64,000 bases of DNA from Steroidobacteraceae bacterium (GCA_049425405.1 JBMSXG010000001.1:104812-168811); one strand, 5' to 3'; numbered from the stretch's first letter, positions 20,907-32,975 are shown. The notes: generated from the sequence alone by a model not told the origin. Program-made: numbers and translations.

Positions 20907-22175
20907 GTGATTTCCAACGAACTCGCCGTCAATCTCGACCTACCCAAACGTGCGGTAGCGCTCGTGCTCGCCGGTGGGCGTGGCAGTCGTCTGCTCAATC
21001 TCACCGACCGACGCGCTAAACCTGCGGTGTACTTCGGCGGCAAGTTTCGCATCATCGACTTTGCGCTCTCCAACTGCCTCAACTCGGGAATTCGCCGTAT
21101 CGGCGTGCTGACTCAGTACAAAAGCCATAGCTTGCAGCGGCATATTCAGCGCGGCTGGGGCTTCCTGCGTGGCGAGCTCAACGAGTTCGTCGATGTCATG
21201 CCAGCTCAGCAGCGTCTCAACGAGGCCAACTGGTATCAGGGCACGGCCGATGCCGTGCATCAGAATCACGACATCATCGCCAGTTTCCGTAGTCAGTATC
21301 TGGTGGTGCTCGCCGGCGATCACATCTACAAGATGAACTACGCGCTCGCACTCGCAGATCACGTGGCGCACGGTCGCGAGTGCACCGTCGCCTGTATCGA
21401 GGTGCCGCGTCACGATGCGCGCGGCTTCGGTGTGATGCAGGTGGATGCGAATAATCGCATTACCGAGTTTGTTGAAAAACCGCTCGATCCTCCCGCGATC
21501 CCGGGGCGGCCAGACTGTTCCCTCGCGAGCATGGGCGTGTACATTTTCAATACAGCATTCCTGCTCGAGGAACTGGCTCGAGATGCAGCAGATCCGACCT
21601 CGAGTCACGATTTTGGTAAGGACATCATCCCCAAAGCCGTGCGCGAGGGACGCGCGGTCGCCCACCGTTTCGAGCAGAGTGCAGTGGGCACGCGGCCGGG
21701 TGAGGCGCCGTACTGGCGTGATGTAGGCACCATCGATGCCTATTGGGATGCAAACATCGATCTGACCGCGACTGATCCGCTGCTGAACCTTTATGACAAT
21801 CAGTGGCCGATCTGGACCTACCAACCTCAGCTGCCACCGGCAAAGTTTGTCCATAACCACGACGACCGACGTGGCGTTGCGATCGAATCGTTGGTTTCCG
21901 GCGGATGTATCGTCTCCGGTCACGTCGAGCGATCGCTGATGTTTTCTGGTGTGCGCGTCCACTCCTATTCCGAGGTGCACTGGAGCGTGCTGCTTCCCAA
22001 CGTTGAGATTGGCCGACACGCTCGCATCCGTCGCGCTGTGATCGATCGAGGCTGTGTGATCCCAGAAGGCATGGTGATCGGTGAAGACCCCGAGCGCGAT
22101 GCCGAGCGATTTCTGTGCACCGAGACCGGCATCACGCTGGTCACCAAATCCATGCTGGCTCGCCTTGCGCCCTGA
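20907..22175 (+). CDS. glgC: glucose-1-phosphate adenylyltransferase
   Basis: [30 protein letters not shown] 20907 preceded by GGAGTGAG. ORF-track start 20808 adds non-homologous residues. Confidence 0.9.
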   Translation: MISNELAVNLDLPKRAVALVLAGGRGSRLLNLTDRRAKPAVYFGGKFRIIDFALSNCLNSGIRRIGVLTQYKSHSLQRHIQRGWGFLRGELNEFVDVMPAQQRLNEANWYQGTADAVHQNHDIIASFRSQYLVVLAGDHIYKMNYALALADHVAHGRECTVACIEVPRHDARGFGVMQVDANNRITEFVEKPLDPPAIPGRPDCSLASMGVYIFNTAFLLEELARDAADPTSSHDFGKDIIPKAVREGRAVAHRFEQSAVGTRPGEAPYWRDVGTIDAYWDANIDLTATDPLLNLYDNQWPIWTYQPQLPPAKFVHNHDDRRGVAIESLVSGGCIVSGHVERSLMFSGVRVHSYSEVHWSVLLPNVEIGRHARIRRAVIDRGCVIPEGMVIGEDPERDAERFLCTETGITLVTKSMLARLAP

Positions 22176-23607
22176 GCAACGGCCACTGCAGATCCTGCAC
22201 GCCGCCGCTGAGATCTTCCCCTTCGTCAAGACGGGCGGACTCGGTGACGTGCTGGGTGCTTTGCCGCGCGCACTGCAGAGTGCCGGCGCACAGGTCAGGC
22301 TCGTGCTGCCCGCCATGCCGGCGCTGAGCAGCGAACTACGTCACGGCCAGCCGGTCGCACAACGCGCTGCGGATGTCTCAGCTCCGGCGTTCACACTGCT
22401 GCGCGGACAACTCGGTGACGATGGACCGATGTGCTACCTCATCGATGCACCGGAGCTCTATGCCCGCGACGGCGGCCCTTATCAAGATGCGCACGGGCGC
22501 GACTGGCCCGATAACCTACGGCGCTTCGCCCTGCTCTCACGCTGCGCGGCCGAGCTTGCCGCCGGACGCCTCGATCCAAGTTGGTCTGCGGCAGTGCTAC
22601 ACGTGCACGACTGGCATACCGCACTCGCTTGCGCCTATCTGCGTCAGCTCGGCTCCGACGTACGCTCGATTCTGACCGTTCACAACCTCGCCTACGCCGG
22701 GCTCTTTCCGCTGGAGGCCTTCGGCGAGCTCGGCCTTGATCCGCAACTGATCTGCGCCGGCGCACCCCTTGAGTTCTACGGCCAGCTTTCGCTGCTGAAA
22801 GCTGGGCTTGTGCTCGCCGATCACGTCACGACCGTCAGCCCGAGCTATGCGCGGGAGATCGCCACACCCGAATTCGGTTGTGGATTTGACGGGGTGATCC
22901 GCGCGCGCGGCACGGCCGTAACGGGGCTGCTGAACGGTATCGACACCGCAGTCTGGAACCCAGCGACGGATACCGCGCTCGCGGCACGCTTTAACGCAGC
23001 GCGGCCCGGCAATAAACGATATTGCAAACGGGCGCTACTCAAAGAATTCAATCTAGATGACGATCTCACTCGACCGCTATTCGGAATCGTCAGCCGTCTC
23101 TCCGGACAAAAGGGCATCGACCTCGTATTGAGCGTGGTGCCACGCCTGCAGCAGCTCGGCGGTACACTGGTACTACTCGGCAGCGGTGAGGCGGCGCTGG
23201 AGCAGGCCTGCCGGGATGCCGCGCAGCGTGCGCCGCGACGCGTAGGGGTGCACATCGGCTACGATGAAACCCGCGCGCATCGATTGATCGCCGGTGCCGA
23301 TGTGCTGCTCGTACCGTCGCGATTCGAGCCCTGCGGACTCACCCAGCTTTATGCGCTGCGCTACGGTACGCTCCCTCTGGTCCGACGTGTCGGTGGGCTC
23401 GCCGACACGATCGATGAATCGGTGGGGTTCCCGTTCGGGCCGCAAGATACGGGCTTCGAGTCTGCGCTCGAGACGGCAGTCGCAGCCTATCGCAACGCCA
23501 GCCGCTGGCGTGCACTACGCCGCAACGCCATGCTGCGCGAGCACGACTGGTCACACGCGGCGCTGGAGTATCTCGCGCTGTATCAGCGTCTGCTCAAAGC
23601 CGACTGA
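22165..23607 (+). CDS. glgA: glycogen synthase (ADP-glucose type)
   Basis: [22 protein letters not shown] matches E. coli [22 protein letters not shown]. Start is either TTG 22165 or CTG 22186 (see finding). Confidence 0.9.
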   Translation: MRPEQRPLQILHAAAEIFPFVKTGGLGDVLGALPRALQSAGAQVRLVLPAMPALSSELRHGQPVAQRAADVSAPAFTLLRGQLGDDGPMCYLIDAPELYARDGGPYQDAHGRDWPDNLRRFALLSRCAAELAAGRLDPSWSAAVLHVHDWHTALACAYLRQLGSDVRSILTVHNLAYAGLFPLEAFGELGLDPQLICAGAPLEFYGQLSLLKAGLVLADHVTTVSPSYAREIATPEFGCGFDGVIRARGTAVTGLLNGIDTAVWNPATDTALAARFNAARPGNKRYCKRALLKEFNLDDDLTRPLFGIVSRLSGQKGIDLVLSVVPRLQQLGGTLVLLGSGEAALEQACRDAAQRAPRRVGVHIGYDETRAHRLIAGADVLLVPSRFEPCGLTQLYALRYGTLPLVRRVGGLADTIDESVGFPFGPQDTGFESALETAVAAYRNASRWRALRRNAMLREHDWSHAALEYLALYQRLLKAD

Positions 23608-25041
23608 TTAAGCTGCCGCGTCGTCGGATTCGTCGTCGGGGCGCGCGTCGATCCCAAGCTCCTTGAGCTTGCGCGTCAAGGTGTTGCGACCCCAGCCGAG
23701 CAGGCGCGCCGCATCCTGTCTATGACCCTCGGTATGGCGCAAGGCGATTTCAATCAACGTGCGCTCAAACTGTGCAGTGGCAGTCTCCAGCAGTGGTGGC
23801 GCTCCGCTGCGCTGCGCTTCGGCTTCGGCCCAACGCGCGAGCAGCGTCGTCCAACCGTCCGGCTCAGCGATCGCGCCCGCACCGAGCAGCTCGCTGGGTA
23901 GATCTTTGAGATGAATCTCGCCGCCCGGTGCAAGCACTGACAAGCGCCGGCAGAGATTGACTAGCTCGCGAACGTTACCCGGCCAATGGTAGGCGGCGAG
24001 CGTATGACGGGCATCTGCGGACAGCGTCTTCGGCTCGATACCGAGCTCGCGCGCAGCAACGCGCAGATAGTGATCGAGCAGACCCGGCACGTCCTCGCGT
24101 CGCGCCCGCAGCGGTGGTAGCTCGATGCGGATGACATTCAGACGGTGAAATAAATCCTCACGGAACAGGCCGCGCGCAACCCGATCCTCGAGATCCTGGT
24201 GCGTGGCCGCGATCACCCGTACGTCGACTTTGACAGGCGACTGCCCGCCCACCCGGTAGAACTCGCCCTCGGCGAGCACGCGTAGCAGACGGGTCTGTAG
24301 CGCCGTCGGCATATCGCCGATTTCGTCGAGGAACAGCGTGCCGCCGTGCGCCTGCTCGAATCTGCCGCGACGTAGCGCGTCCGCACCAGTGAATGCCCCG
24401 CGCTCGTGTCCGAACAGTTCGGATTCGAGCAGCTCAGTCGGAATCGCCGAGGTGTTCAGCGCAATAAACGGTTTTCCCGCGCGCGGGCTGTGATCATGCA
24501 CCGCGCGGGCGACGAGTTCCTTGCCGCTGCCCGACTCGCCGGTGACGAGTACCGTTACAGCGGAGCGCGACAGCCGGCCGATCGCACGGAACACTTGCTG
24601 CATGGCCGGCGCTTGACCGAGCAACTCCCCCATCGCGGCGGTGGAGTCCGCCTCGGTGACTGAGCGCGCGACGCTTTGCGCAGCGCGACGGACGAGATCG
24701 ACCACTTGGTCGATATCGAACGGCTTGGCCAAATACTCGAACGCGCCGTATTCGTAGGCGGAGACGGCATTACCGAGATCGGCATGGGCCGTCATCACGA
24801 TGATAGGCAGCGTCGGCCGCAGCTCATGCATACGCCGGACGAGCTCCAGACCCGACATCCCGGGCATGCGGATGTCGGTCAATAAGACGTCGGGGGCTTC
24901 GCGCTGGAGCGCCAGCAGTGCGGCGTCGGCAGATTCAAACGACTTCGGCTGCAGGCCGCCCGCTTTCAGCGCGCGCTCGAGCACCCAGCGAATCGAGGCG
25001 TCATCGTCGACCAGCCAAATGCGGAGCGCCTGCGCCGTCAT
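23608..25041 (-). CDS. ntrC: nitrogen regulation protein NR(I), sigma-54-dependent response regulator
   Basis: REC domain (DDD..., D in LLTDIRMPG), AAA+ GESGSGKE / GAFTGA motifs, C-terminal Fis-type HTH. Confidence 0.9.
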   Translation of the reverse strand: MTAQALRIWLVDDDASIRWVLERALKAGGLQPKSFESADAALLALQREAPDVLLTDIRMPGMSGLELVRRMHELRPTLPIIVMTAHADLGNAVSAYEYGAFEYLAKPFDIDQVVDLVRRAAQSVARSVTEADSTAAMGELLGQAPAMQQVFRAIGRLSRSAVTVLVTGESGSGKELVARAVHDHSPRAGKPFIALNTSAIPTELLESELFGHERGAFTGADALRRGRFEQAHGGTLFLDEIGDMPTALQTRLLRVLAEGEFYRVGGQSPVKVDVRVIAATHQDLEDRVARGLFREDLFHRLNVIRIELPPLRARREDVPGLLDHYLRVAARELGIEPKTLSADARHTLAAYHWPGNVRELVNLCRRLSVLAPGGEIHLKDLPSELLGAGAIAEPDGWTTLLARWAEAEAQRSGAPPLLETATAQFERTLIEIALRHTEGHRQDAARLLGWGRNTLTRKLKELGIDARPDDESDDAAA

Positions 25042-26156
25042 ACCCTGCCTCCGGCCGCACCGTCATCGAGCGGCAAGTGCAACGAGAACACGGTGCGTCC
25101 GGGCTCACTGTCGAACTCGATCAATCCGCCGTGACGAGTGATGAGCTCTTGAGACACTGCCAGGCCGAGCCCCGCACCTTCAGCGCGTGAGGTCACCAGT
25201 GGGTAGAACAACGTGGCGCGCAGCGCATCGGGAACACCCGGACCGTCATCGAGGACATCGATTCGGACTGCAAGCCGGTGACGCACGAGCCCGATGCGGG
25301 CCTGCGGTACAGCGCGTGTGCGCAGCACGACCCGCCCACGGGGCCCCACTGCCTGCATGGCGTTGCGCGCCACATTGAGTAAGGCCTGTACCAGTTGGTC
25401 GCGATCAAAGTCGCCGTCGGGCAAGCTCGGATCGTAATCGCGTTCAATCGATACTCCGCGAGGGGCCTCAGCACGCAGCAGGTGATACACGTGCTCGCAA
25501 ACCTCATGAAGATTTAGCCGCGCACGCCGCGGTGGTCGGGCGGGGCCCAGCATCTGATCGATGAGCGTCGTGAGTCGATCCGCCTCGCGAATGATCAGAC
25601 CGGTGTATTCGCGCATCGCAGGATCGGGCAACTCTCGCTCAAGCAGTTGCGCGGCGCCGCGTAAGCCCCCGAGCGGATTCTTCACCTCATGCGCAAGCTG
25701 GCGCGTCATCAGACGACTGCTCTCGAGACGCGCCCGCAGCGCCTGCTCGCGGCTCAACCGCGCCCGCGGCTCTGCGTCGATGAGCTCGATAAGGTATTGC
25801 ATCGCCTCACCCAGAGTCTCGAGTGGCGTGACGATCAGATCGACCGTACGCGCCTCGCGCGGAGATCCCACGGGTCGCAGCGCAAGGTCGAACTCCTGTG
25901 TCGCGGAGCGCGCACTGCGTGCGCGATCAAGCAGGTCGCGCACCGGATTTTCCTCGATGAAGAGCTCGGACCAGCGACGGCCGCGGGCCTGATTCAGACC
26001 CACGGCCATCAGATCCTGCGCTGCGACGTTGGCATGCAGGACACGCAACTCGGCATCGAGCAGCACTACCCCGGTGGCCAACGCATCGAGCAGATTTTTC
26101 GCATCCGCTCGTGTGGCGAGGCCCGCCCAGAGGCGATCCACAGCCATCGCTGTCAC
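25038..26156 (-). CDS. ntrB: nitrogen regulation sensor histidine kinase NR(II)
   Basis: PAS-like N-terminus, H-box LAHEVKNPLGG, N/G boxes. 4-nt overlap with ntrC. Confidence 0.9.
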   Translation of the reverse strand: MTAMAVDRLWAGLATRADAKNLLDALATGVVLLDAELRVLHANVAAQDLMAVGLNQARGRRWSELFIEENPVRDLLDRARSARSATQEFDLALRPVGSPREARTVDLIVTPLETLGEAMQYLIELIDAEPRARLSREQALRARLESSRLMTRQLAHEVKNPLGGLRGAAQLLERELPDPAMREYTGLIIREADRLTTLIDQMLGPARPPRRARLNLHEVCEHVYHLLRAEAPRGVSIERDYDPSLPDGDFDRDQLVQALLNVARNAMQAVGPRGRVVLRTRAVPQARIGLVRHRLAVRIDVLDDGPGVPDALRATLFYPLVTSRAEGAGLGLAVSQELITRHGGLIEFDSEPGRTVFSLHLPLDDGAAGGRV

Positions 26157-26176
26157 CGAGGTCTCCGTCCGTCCGA

Positions 26177-27589
26177 TCAGCAGCTGTAGTACAGATCGAG
26201 CTCGATCGGGTGGGTGCTCATCCGGAATCGCGTGACTTCCTGCATCTTGAGGTTGATGTAGGCGTCGATCACGTCGTTAGTGAACACACCGCCGCGGGTC
26301 AGGAACTCGCGATCTTTGTCGAGGTGTTCGAGCGCCATGTCCAGCGAATGGCACACCGTCGGAATGTGCTTCGCCTCTTCGGGCTCGAGATCGTAGAGAT
26401 CCTTGTCAGCCGGATCGCCCGGGTGGATTTTGTTCTGAATGCCATCGAGACCCGCCATCATCATTGCGGCGAATGCGAAGTAAGGATTGGCAGACGAGTC
26501 GGGGAATCGCACTTCGATGCGCCGTGCCTTCGGGTTGGCGACCCAAGGAATGCGGATCGACGCCGAGCGATTGCGTGCGGAGTAGGCGAGCATCACCGGC
26601 GCTTCGAAGCCCGGCACGAGCCGCTTGTAGCTGTTGGTGCCGGCGTTGGTGAAGGCGTTGAGCGCCTTAGCGTGCTTGATGATGCCACCGATGTAATAGA
26701 ACGCGAGCTCTGACAGCCCGCCGTACTTGTCGCCGGCGAACAGCGCTTTGCCGTCCTTCTGCAGCGACTGGTGCACGTGCATGCCCGAACCGTTGTCACC
26801 GACCAGCGGTTTCGGCATGAAGGTCGCCGTCTTGCCATAGCCCGCTGCGACGTTGTGCACGGCGTACTTGAGGATCTGTACCTCATCGGCCTTCTTCACG
26901 AGACCGCCAGCGCCGATCCCGATCTCGCACTGGCCACCGGTTGCCACTTCATGGTGGTGCACCTCGACGATGAGGCCGAGTTCCTCGCAGGCCGCACACA
27001 TCGCGTTGCGGATATCCTGGTAGGCGTCGACCGGCGGCACCGGAAAATAACCTCCCTTCACACCGGGACGATGACCCTTGTTGCCCTCGGGGAAGGCGGT
27101 GTTGGAGTTCCATGCACCCTGGATCGAGTCAATCTCGTACGAGGCGGTGTGCATCTGGTTGTTCCAGCGCACGCTGTCGAAGATGAAGAATTCGTTCTCG
27201 GGGCCGAACATCGCGCCATCGGCGATGCCCGTGCTCTTGAGATACGCCTCGGCGCGCTTGCCGATCGAGCGCGGATCGCGCTCATAGCCTTGCATCGTTG
27301 CCGGCTCGATGATGTCGCAACGGATATTGACCGTCGCTTCCTCAAAGAAAGGATCGAGCACAGCTGTGCTGGCCTCCGGCATCAGGATCATGTCGGACTC
27401 GTTGATGCCCTTCCAACCGGCGATCGATGAACCGTCGAACATCTTGCCGTCGCGGAACAGGCCCTCGTCGACGACCTTGGCCGGGATGGTGACGTGCTGC
27501 TCCTTGCCGCGCGTGTCGGTGAAGCGCAGGTCGGCCCATTTCACATCCTTGTCTTTGATCATCTTGATGACGTCACTCGGCGTAGTCAT
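26177..27589 (-). CDS. glnA: glutamine synthetase type I
   Basis: [35 protein letters not shown], adenylylation-loop region. 470 aa. Confidence 0.95.
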   Translation of the reverse strand: MTTPSDVIKMIKDKDVKWADLRFTDTRGKEQHVTIPAKVVDEGLFRDGKMFDGSSIAGWKGINESDMILMPEASTAVLDPFFEEATVNIRCDIIEPATMQGYERDPRSIGKRAEAYLKSTGIADGAMFGPENEFFIFDSVRWNNQMHTASYEIDSIQGAWNSNTAFPEGNKGHRPGVKGGYFPVPPVDAYQDIRNAMCAACEELGLIVEVHHHEVATGGQCEIGIGAGGLVKKADEVQILKYAVHNVAAGYGKTATFMPKPLVGDNGSGMHVHQSLQKDGKALFAGDKYGGLSELAFYYIGGIIKHAKALNAFTNAGTNSYKRLVPGFEAPVMLAYSARNRSASIRIPWVANPKARRIEVRFPDSSANPYFAFAAMMMAGLDGIQNKIHPGDPADKDLYDLEPEEAKHIPTVCHSLDMALEHLDKDREFLTRGGVFTNDVIDAYINLKMQEVTRFRMSTHPIELDLYYSC

Positions 27590-27638
27590 GGCGGCTCCGT
27601 GCGATAGTGTCGGGGGGATTCACGTGCCCGATTATGAG

Positions 27639-27655
27639 GCATTCGGAGCGAATGC
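27639..27655. repeat. perfect inverted repeat GCATTCG-GAG-CGAATGC in the glnA leader/promoter region
   Basis: Read directly from sequence. Function unknown (operator or 5' UTR hairpin). Confidence 0.9.
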
Positions 27656-27694
27656 ACAGAAGAGCGACTGAAAATTTCTGAAAAAGACGACGAA

Positions 27695-27709
27695 CCCGAT
27701 GAAATCGGG
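27695..27709 (-). terminator. weak hairpin plus T-rich tail downstream of the MFS gene
   Basis: Minus strand reads CCCGAT-TTC-ATCGGG followed by TTCGTCGTCTTTTTC. The stem is only 6-7 bp. Confidence 0.3.
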
Positions 27710-27717
27710 CTGTTTAT

Positions 27718-27765
27718 TGAACTAAATTGGTGCGGGTTACGGGACTAATGCACTTTAATAGTGCG
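27718..27765 (-). promoter_or_regulatory. two NtrC-type enhancer sites upstream of glnA
   Basis: Minus strand 27734-27718 reads CGCACCAATTTAGTTCA, 12/14 to TGCACCA-N3-TGGTGCA. 27749-27765 reads TGCACTTTAATAGTGCG, with the TGCAC-N7-GTGC core. Centres are 31 bp apart, about 137 and 168 bp upstream of the glnA ATG. Confidence 0.45.
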
Positions 27766-29080
27766 GAACGAGACTGCGCGGCCCTGCTCGCCAGGTCAGG
27801 ATCGCCATGAGGCACAGCAAACCGCTGAGCCCCCCCATCAGGACATAGGGTGCCGACGGGCGCCAGATATCAAATAACGTGCCGCCGGCCACGGCGGCGA
27901 AGAGGATCCCGAGCGAACCGCAGAGCGTGAACACGCCGATCACCGCACCACGACCACGCTCGGGGGCCACCTGACCGATCAAGGCCTGCGAGGCAAGGAT
28001 GCCGCTCATCTCGCCGATACCGAGGAACACCGCTGCGGCGTACATCGCCGGCTGAAAAGGATCCTCGACGAGCCCGAACCAGACGTAACTGCCGCAGGCC
28101 AGCGCCGAGGCCACGGCCATGAACAGCACTCGATCGACGCGATCGATGAAGGAGATCACGGTCACTGCCCACAGCGTTGCGGTGATCTGGATGGCGACGA
28201 AGATCCCGCCGCCGCGCGAGAGCGCCTCGGCCGGTGTCATGCCCTGATTCTTGCCCGCCTGTACCATCCAAAGAAAAAAGAATGCACTAATGATCGACAG
28301 CGAGGCACGCGATACGCCTGCCGACAGATAAGCGAGGCGTACCCGAGGATCACGCCCCGCCGCGAGCCCGACGCGCAAAGTGGCCAGCAACGGCTCGCGT
28401 TCGGGCAACTGGCCGGGAGAGCGCCGCGCAAGCCCACGTAACACGATCACCATCGGGATGAGGCAAAGGCCTGCGACACTCCAATACGTCGCACTTCCGG
28501 CAGCGATGGGATCGAGCCCCTGAGCGAGATAAAAGCTCGGTAGCTGCGAGGCGAGACCGACGAGCGTAGCGACACCGAGCCCATTGAGGAAAAAACAGAT
28601 CCCGACGAGTTTCCCGCGCGAGGTTTCCTGCGGGTAATCAGCAATGACGGCCGAGAGCATGGCGGCGATCAGCGAGGCGCCGCAGGCCGTGATGAAGATC
28701 ATCGCGTACAACGTCCAGTCGAAACGTGCGAGCGGGAAGAGTAGATAGCCCACCGCGAGGATCGCAAAGCCCATCGCGTAGATCACCCGCCGGCCGAGTC
28801 GATCCGAGGCAGCACCGACGAGGCCCGAGAGCAGTAGTGCAGGAATCTCGCTAATGACATCCATCGTGCCGCTGATGCGGCCTTGGATGTCGTCGGGAAT
28901 ACCCAGCATGGAATTGAAGAGATAGGGACGCAGGTTCCCCACCAACGTGAGCAGTCCGATGGAAAAGAACGCCGCACCAAGCAGGGCGTAGAAATTCGAG
29001 CGCGCGATGCCAGGCGCGAGCTCCCAGATGCCGACCTTCGTACCTGTGTTCTCGGTCGTGCGCGCCGTCGCTCTGTCCAT
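27755..29080 (-). CDS. MFS transporter
   Basis: About 12 TM helices. Loop 2-3 motif ASDRLGRRVIY is typical of the major facilitator superfamily. Confidence 0.8.
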   Translation of the reverse strand: MDRATARTTENTGTKVGIWELAPGIARSNFYALLGAAFFSIGLLTLVGNLRPYLFNSMLGIPDDIQGRISGTMDVISEIPALLLSGLVGAASDRLGRRVIYAMGFAILAVGYLLFPLARFDWTLYAMIFITACGASLIAAMLSAVIADYPQETSRGKLVGICFFLNGLGVATLVGLASQLPSFYLAQGLDPIAAGSATYWSVAGLCLIPMVIVLRGLARRSPGQLPEREPLLATLRVGLAAGRDPRVRLAYLSAGVSRASLSIISAFFFLWMVQAGKNQGMTPAEALSRGGGIFVAIQITATLWAVTVISFIDRVDRVLFMAVASALACGSYVWFGLVEDPFQPAMYAAAVFLGIGEMSGILASQALIGQVAPERGRGAVIGVFTLCGSLGILFAAVAGGTLFDIWRPSAPYVLMGGLSGLLCLMAILTWRAGPRSLVPHY

Positions 29081-29179
29081 GCACCCCCCTGCGGCTTACG
29101 CGCCGTCTTCGTGCTGGTGTCTCGCATGCTATTGCATGGGATGCACCTGAGCCAGCCGTTATACTGACAGCAAACACCC

Positions 29180-30082
29180 ATGGCCCGCAGTTTTCAGGAA
29201 ATCGTCTTCGCTCTGCAGCAGTACTGGTCAGACCAGGGCTGCGTGGTGCTGCAACCGTATGACATGGAAATGGGTGCAGGCACCTTTCACACGGCGACCT
29301 TCCTGCGCTCGATCGGCCCCGAACCCTGGAGCGCCGCCTACGTCCAACCCTCGCGTCGACCGACCGATGGGCGCTACGGCGACAACCCGTTCCGCCTGCA
29401 GCGCTACTACCAATTTCAAGTGGTACTAAAACCCTCGCCACTCGACATCCTCGATCGGTACATCGGCTCGCTCAAGATGCTTGGACTCGATCCACTCACG
29501 CACGACATCCGCTTCGTCGAGGACAACTGGGAATCACCGACGCTCGGCGCGTGGGGGCTCGGCTGGGAGGTATGGCTGAACGGCATGGAAGTCACACAGT
29601 TCACCTACTTCCAGCAAGTGGGCGGGCTCGACTGCCGACCGGTTACCGGCGAGATCACTTACGGGCTCGAACGCCTCGCGATGTACCTGCAGGGCGTCGA
29701 CAGTGTTTTCGACATCGTGTGGACCGAGGGTCCGCGCGGGCGCGTGAGCTACCGCGATGTCTATCACCAAAACGAAGTCGAGCAGTCAGCGTATAACTTC
29801 GAGCACGCCGACACCGCCGTGCTGCTACGCCACTTCGACGAGCACGAAGCCGCCTGTCAGCAGCTGCTGCAGGCCAAGCTTGCTCTGCCTGCCTACGAGC
29901 AAGTGCTCAAGGCCTCGCACACCTTCAACCTGCTCGATGCACGGCGTGCCATTTCGGTGACTGAACGCCAACGCTACATCCTTCGTGTGCGCACGCTGGC
30001 GCGCGGGGTCGCCCAGGCCTACTACGACAGTCGCGAGGCGCTCGGCTTCCCAATGGTCGCCGCCGGCACGCCAGCACCATGA
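29180..30082 (+). CDS. glyQ: glycine--tRNA ligase alpha subunit
   Basis: [33 protein letters not shown] is near-identical to the GlyQ consensus. Confidence 0.95.
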   Translation: MARSFQEIVFALQQYWSDQGCVVLQPYDMEMGAGTFHTATFLRSIGPEPWSAAYVQPSRRPTDGRYGDNPFRLQRYYQFQVVLKPSPLDILDRYIGSLKMLGLDPLTHDIRFVEDNWESPTLGAWGLGWEVWLNGMEVTQFTYFQQVGGLDCRPVTGEITYGLERLAMYLQGVDSVFDIVWTEGPRGRVSYRDVYHQNEVEQSAYNFEHADTAVLLRHFDEHEAACQQLLQAKLALPAYEQVLKASHTFNLLDARRAISVTERQRYILRVRTLARGVAQAYYDSREALGFPMVAAGTPAP

Positions 30083-32154
30083 CAGCTCAGCACGAGGATC
30101 TGCTGTTCGAGCTCGGTACCGAGGAGTTGCCGCCGCTCGCGCTGCCGGAACTCGAGAACGCGCTCGCCGCGAGTTTTCTTGCGGGGCTCGACGCTGCTGG
30201 GATCGCGCACGGCGAGCTCGTATCTTTCGCTGCACCGCGCCGCCTTGCCGTGCTCGTGAAATCGGTTGCTAAACATCAAGCCGATCAGGATGTGGCGCGA
30301 CGTGGCCCGCCCGTCAACGCCGCCTTCGACGCGTCGGGCGAACCTACCCGCGCTGCACGCGCATTCGCAGAGAGCTGCGGAGTCACAGTCGAGTCGCTCT
30401 CGCGTGTCAAGGAAGGTAAGGGCGAGTTCCTCCACTACAGCGCTCGCAAGGCTGGCGTCGCGACCGACACGCTGCTCGAAAAAATCATTCAAGATGCGCT
30501 CGATGCCTTGCCGATCCCCAAGCGTATGCGCTGGGGTGCGAGTGAGGCCGAGTTCGTGCGGCCCGTGCACTGGATCGTGTTGCGATTCGGTGCGACAGTC
30601 ATCCCGGCGCGACTGCTGGACACCGACACGGGAGCTACGACGCGGGGCCATCGCTTCCATGCGCCAGGAGCGCTCCCCCTGCCGACACCGAGCGACTACG
30701 AACGGGTGCTCAAGGAGCAGGGATACGTCATCGCCTCGTTCGCCGAGCGCCGTGCCCGCATTAGAGCCCAGGTCGATGCGTGCGCCGAAACGCTCGGTGG
30801 ACGCGCTGTCACCAGTGAGGCGCTGCTCGATGAAGTAACCGCGCTTGTCGAGTGGCCGGTCGCGCTCACCGGTCGCTTCGATGAGCGCTTCCTCGCATTA
30901 CCACGCGAAGTCTTACTGTCGACCTTGCAGGCCCACCAGCGCTACTTCGCAGTCGAAGATCGCGACGGCAGGCTACTGCCGTGGTTCATCACGGTGAGTA
31001 ATTTGGAGAGCCGCGAGCCCGCGCGGGTGCGCGAGGGCAACGAGCGGGTGGTACGCCCTCGGCTGTCGGATGCAGCTTTCTTTCACGAGCAGGATCGCCG
31101 CGCACCGCTTGCTGCCTGGCGCGACGGCCTCGATCGGGTCACTTTCCAAAGTCGACTCGGCTCGATCGGCGATAAAGTCCGACGTATCGAGGCGCTCGCT
31201 GTGACGATCGCTCCTTCGGTGGGTGCCAGCGTCGCTGACGTACGTCGGGCCGCAAACCTCTGTAAATGCGATCTGCTCTCGGCGATGGTGGGCGAGTTCC
31301 CCGAACTGCAGGGCGTGATGGGCACTTACTACGCTGCAGCCGATGGTGAGAGCGCTGAAGTTGCCACCGCGGTACGCGAGCACTACCAGCCGCGAGGCGC
31401 AGGCGATGCGCTGCCGGCGACACCGAGCGGTATCGCGCTGGCGCTGGCTGATCGGCTCGATACGCTCGCTGGTATTTTCGGTATCGGCCAAAAGCCCTCC
31501 GGAACCAAAGATCCCTTTGCGCTGCGGCGTGCCGCGATCGGCGTGCTGCGTATCCTGCACGAGCAGCGTCTTGATCTGGATCTGGCCGAGCTGATTCGCG
31601 ACGCCGTCGCGCGGCAACCGGTGTCCTCTGCCGACACTGCCGCCAGCGTGCTCGAGTACGTGCTGGAGCGTCTGCGGGCGCAACTTCTGGAGTCTGGAGT
31701 CCCGAACGAACACATCGATGCCGTACTCGCGGTCGGGGTGACGCGGCCGCTCGATGTCGAGCGCCGACTAGAGGCTCTCAAGGGTTTTCTCCATCGCGAC
31801 GAGGCAGCGAGCCTCGCCGCTGCGAATAAGCGCATCGCCAACTTGCTGAAGAAATCCTCGCTCGATGACGCCGCCGGTGCGATCGACGTGGCACGCTTCG
31901 CGCACCCTGCCGAGCGAGCGCTGCATACCGCGCTCGAAACGCTGACACCGGCGCTACACGCAGATCTTGCGGCGGCCCGCTATGACGCGGCACTGACCGC
32001 CCTCGCCGGCCTGCGAACACCCATCGATGCATTCTTCGCCGATGTGATGGTGAATGATCCGGATACGGCCTTGCGCGCAAATCGTCTGGCGCTTGTCGCG
32101 CGCGTGCGTGCCTGTTTCCTCGGCGTCGCGGACCTGTCGAAACTACCGGGCTGA
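30079..32154 (+). CDS. glyS: glycine--tRNA ligase beta subunit
   Basis: [13 protein letters not shown]-terminus, 691 aa, ATGA coupling to glyQ. Confidence 0.95.
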   Translation: MTAQHEDLLFELGTEELPPLALPELENALAASFLAGLDAAGIAHGELVSFAAPRRLAVLVKSVAKHQADQDVARRGPPVNAAFDASGEPTRAARAFAESCGVTVESLSRVKEGKGEFLHYSARKAGVATDTLLEKIIQDALDALPIPKRMRWGASEAEFVRPVHWIVLRFGATVIPARLLDTDTGATTRGHRFHAPGALPLPTPSDYERVLKEQGYVIASFAERRARIRAQVDACAETLGGRAVTSEALLDEVTALVEWPVALTGRFDERFLALPREVLLSTLQAHQRYFAVEDRDGRLLPWFITVSNLESREPARVREGNERVVRPRLSDAAFFHEQDRRAPLAAWRDGLDRVTFQSRLGSIGDKVRRIEALAVTIAPSVGASVADVRRAANLCKCDLLSAMVGEFPELQGVMGTYYAAADGESAEVATAVREHYQPRGAGDALPATPSGIALALADRLDTLAGIFGIGQKPSGTKDPFALRRAAIGVLRILHEQRLDLDLAELIRDAVARQPVSSADTAASVLEYVLERLRAQLLESGVPNEHIDAVLAVGVTRPLDVERRLEALKGFLHRDEAASLAAANKRIANLLKKSSLDDAAGAIDVARFAHPAERALHTALETLTPALHADLAAARYDAALTALAGLRTPIDAFFADVMVNDPDTALRANRLALVARVRACFLGVADLSKLPG

Positions 32155-32159
32155 GGCAG

Positions 32160-32894
32160 GTGACGATGGATCGACTGCGCTCCGTCGTGTTCACCGTGTT
32201 CCTGTTCGCCTGGACGCTGTGCTTCGCCATTTTCTTCGTCATCGCCGGCGTCATGCGCGACTTCCCGCAGCGTACGCGCCTGGTGCAGATCTACGCGCGG
32301 GTGATCCTCGAGATGCTGCGTCGGCTATGTCGGCTCGATTACACCGTCGAGGGACTCGAGCACCTGCCTGCGGGTGCACACGTCGCCTACTGGAAGCATT
32401 CCTCAAGCTGGGAGACTTTCGCGCAGTTTCTGATCGGACCGCCGAAGGCGATCGTGCTCAAGCGTGAGCTCATGTGGATCCCGATCTTCGGCTGGGGCCT
32501 CGCGCTCATCCGCTCGATCCCCGTGGATCGCGGTGCGGGCGCCTCGGCCGTGAACCAGGTAGTGCAACGCGGGACGACGCTACTGAGCGAGGGAACGTCG
32601 GTGTTGATCTTCCCCGAAGGCACGCGTGTCGCCCCCGGCGAAACCCGCCGCTATGGCGTGAGCGGTGCGCTGCTCGCCAGTCGTGCACGCTGCAAGGTGG
32701 TTCCGATCGCACACGATGCAGGGTATTACTGGCCGCGGCGCGGTTGGTACAAGCGGGCAGGCACCATCCGCGTGATCATCGGACCCCCGATCGAGGCGGC
32801 GGGTCGAGATCCTCGCGAAATCAACGCCGAAGCTCAGGCCTGGATCGAGACGACGCTCGAGCGGCTGCCTCGAGAGCAACCTCCGTCGGGCTGA
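32160..32894 (+). CDS. 1-acyl-sn-glycerol-3-phosphate acyltransferase family protein
   Basis: Acyltransferase motifs: the HSSSWE region corresponds to the HxxxxD block position, plus IFPEGTR. GTG 32160 or ATG 32166. Confidence 0.75.
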   Translation: MTMDRLRSVVFTVFLFAWTLCFAIFFVIAGVMRDFPQRTRLVQIYARVILEMLRRLCRLDYTVEGLEHLPAGAHVAYWKHSSSWETFAQFLIGPPKAIVLKRELMWIPIFGWGLALIRSIPVDRGAGASAVNQVVQRGTTLLSEGTSVLIFPEGTRVAPGETRRYGVSGALLASRARCKVVPIAHDAGYYWPRRGWYKRAGTIRVIIGPPIEAAGRDPREINAEAQAWIETTLERLPREQPPSG

Positions 32895-32975
32895 CGGGCG
32901 ACGCGCACTCACCCGTATTGTTACTCGTACAAGTGCGCATCGTCATCGGCCCGCAGCCGAGGCGATGATCTGGTC

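Noticed and set aside
22081-22164. GTG 22081 as the glgA start
   Set aside because: It adds about 28 non-homologous residues and overlaps glgC by 95 nt. Homology to GlgA begins at LQILHAAAE.
20940-22316. 458-aa ORF antisense to glgC
   Set aside because: Same reasoning. glgC on the plus strand has textbook motifs, and the antisense product is low-complexity.
27611-27630. sigma-54 -24/-12 promoter for glnA as a listed feature
   Set aside because: GGCACG is good, but the -12 position has CC rather than GC and the TTGC is missing. It is kept only as a hypothesis inside the glnA finding, not called as a feature.
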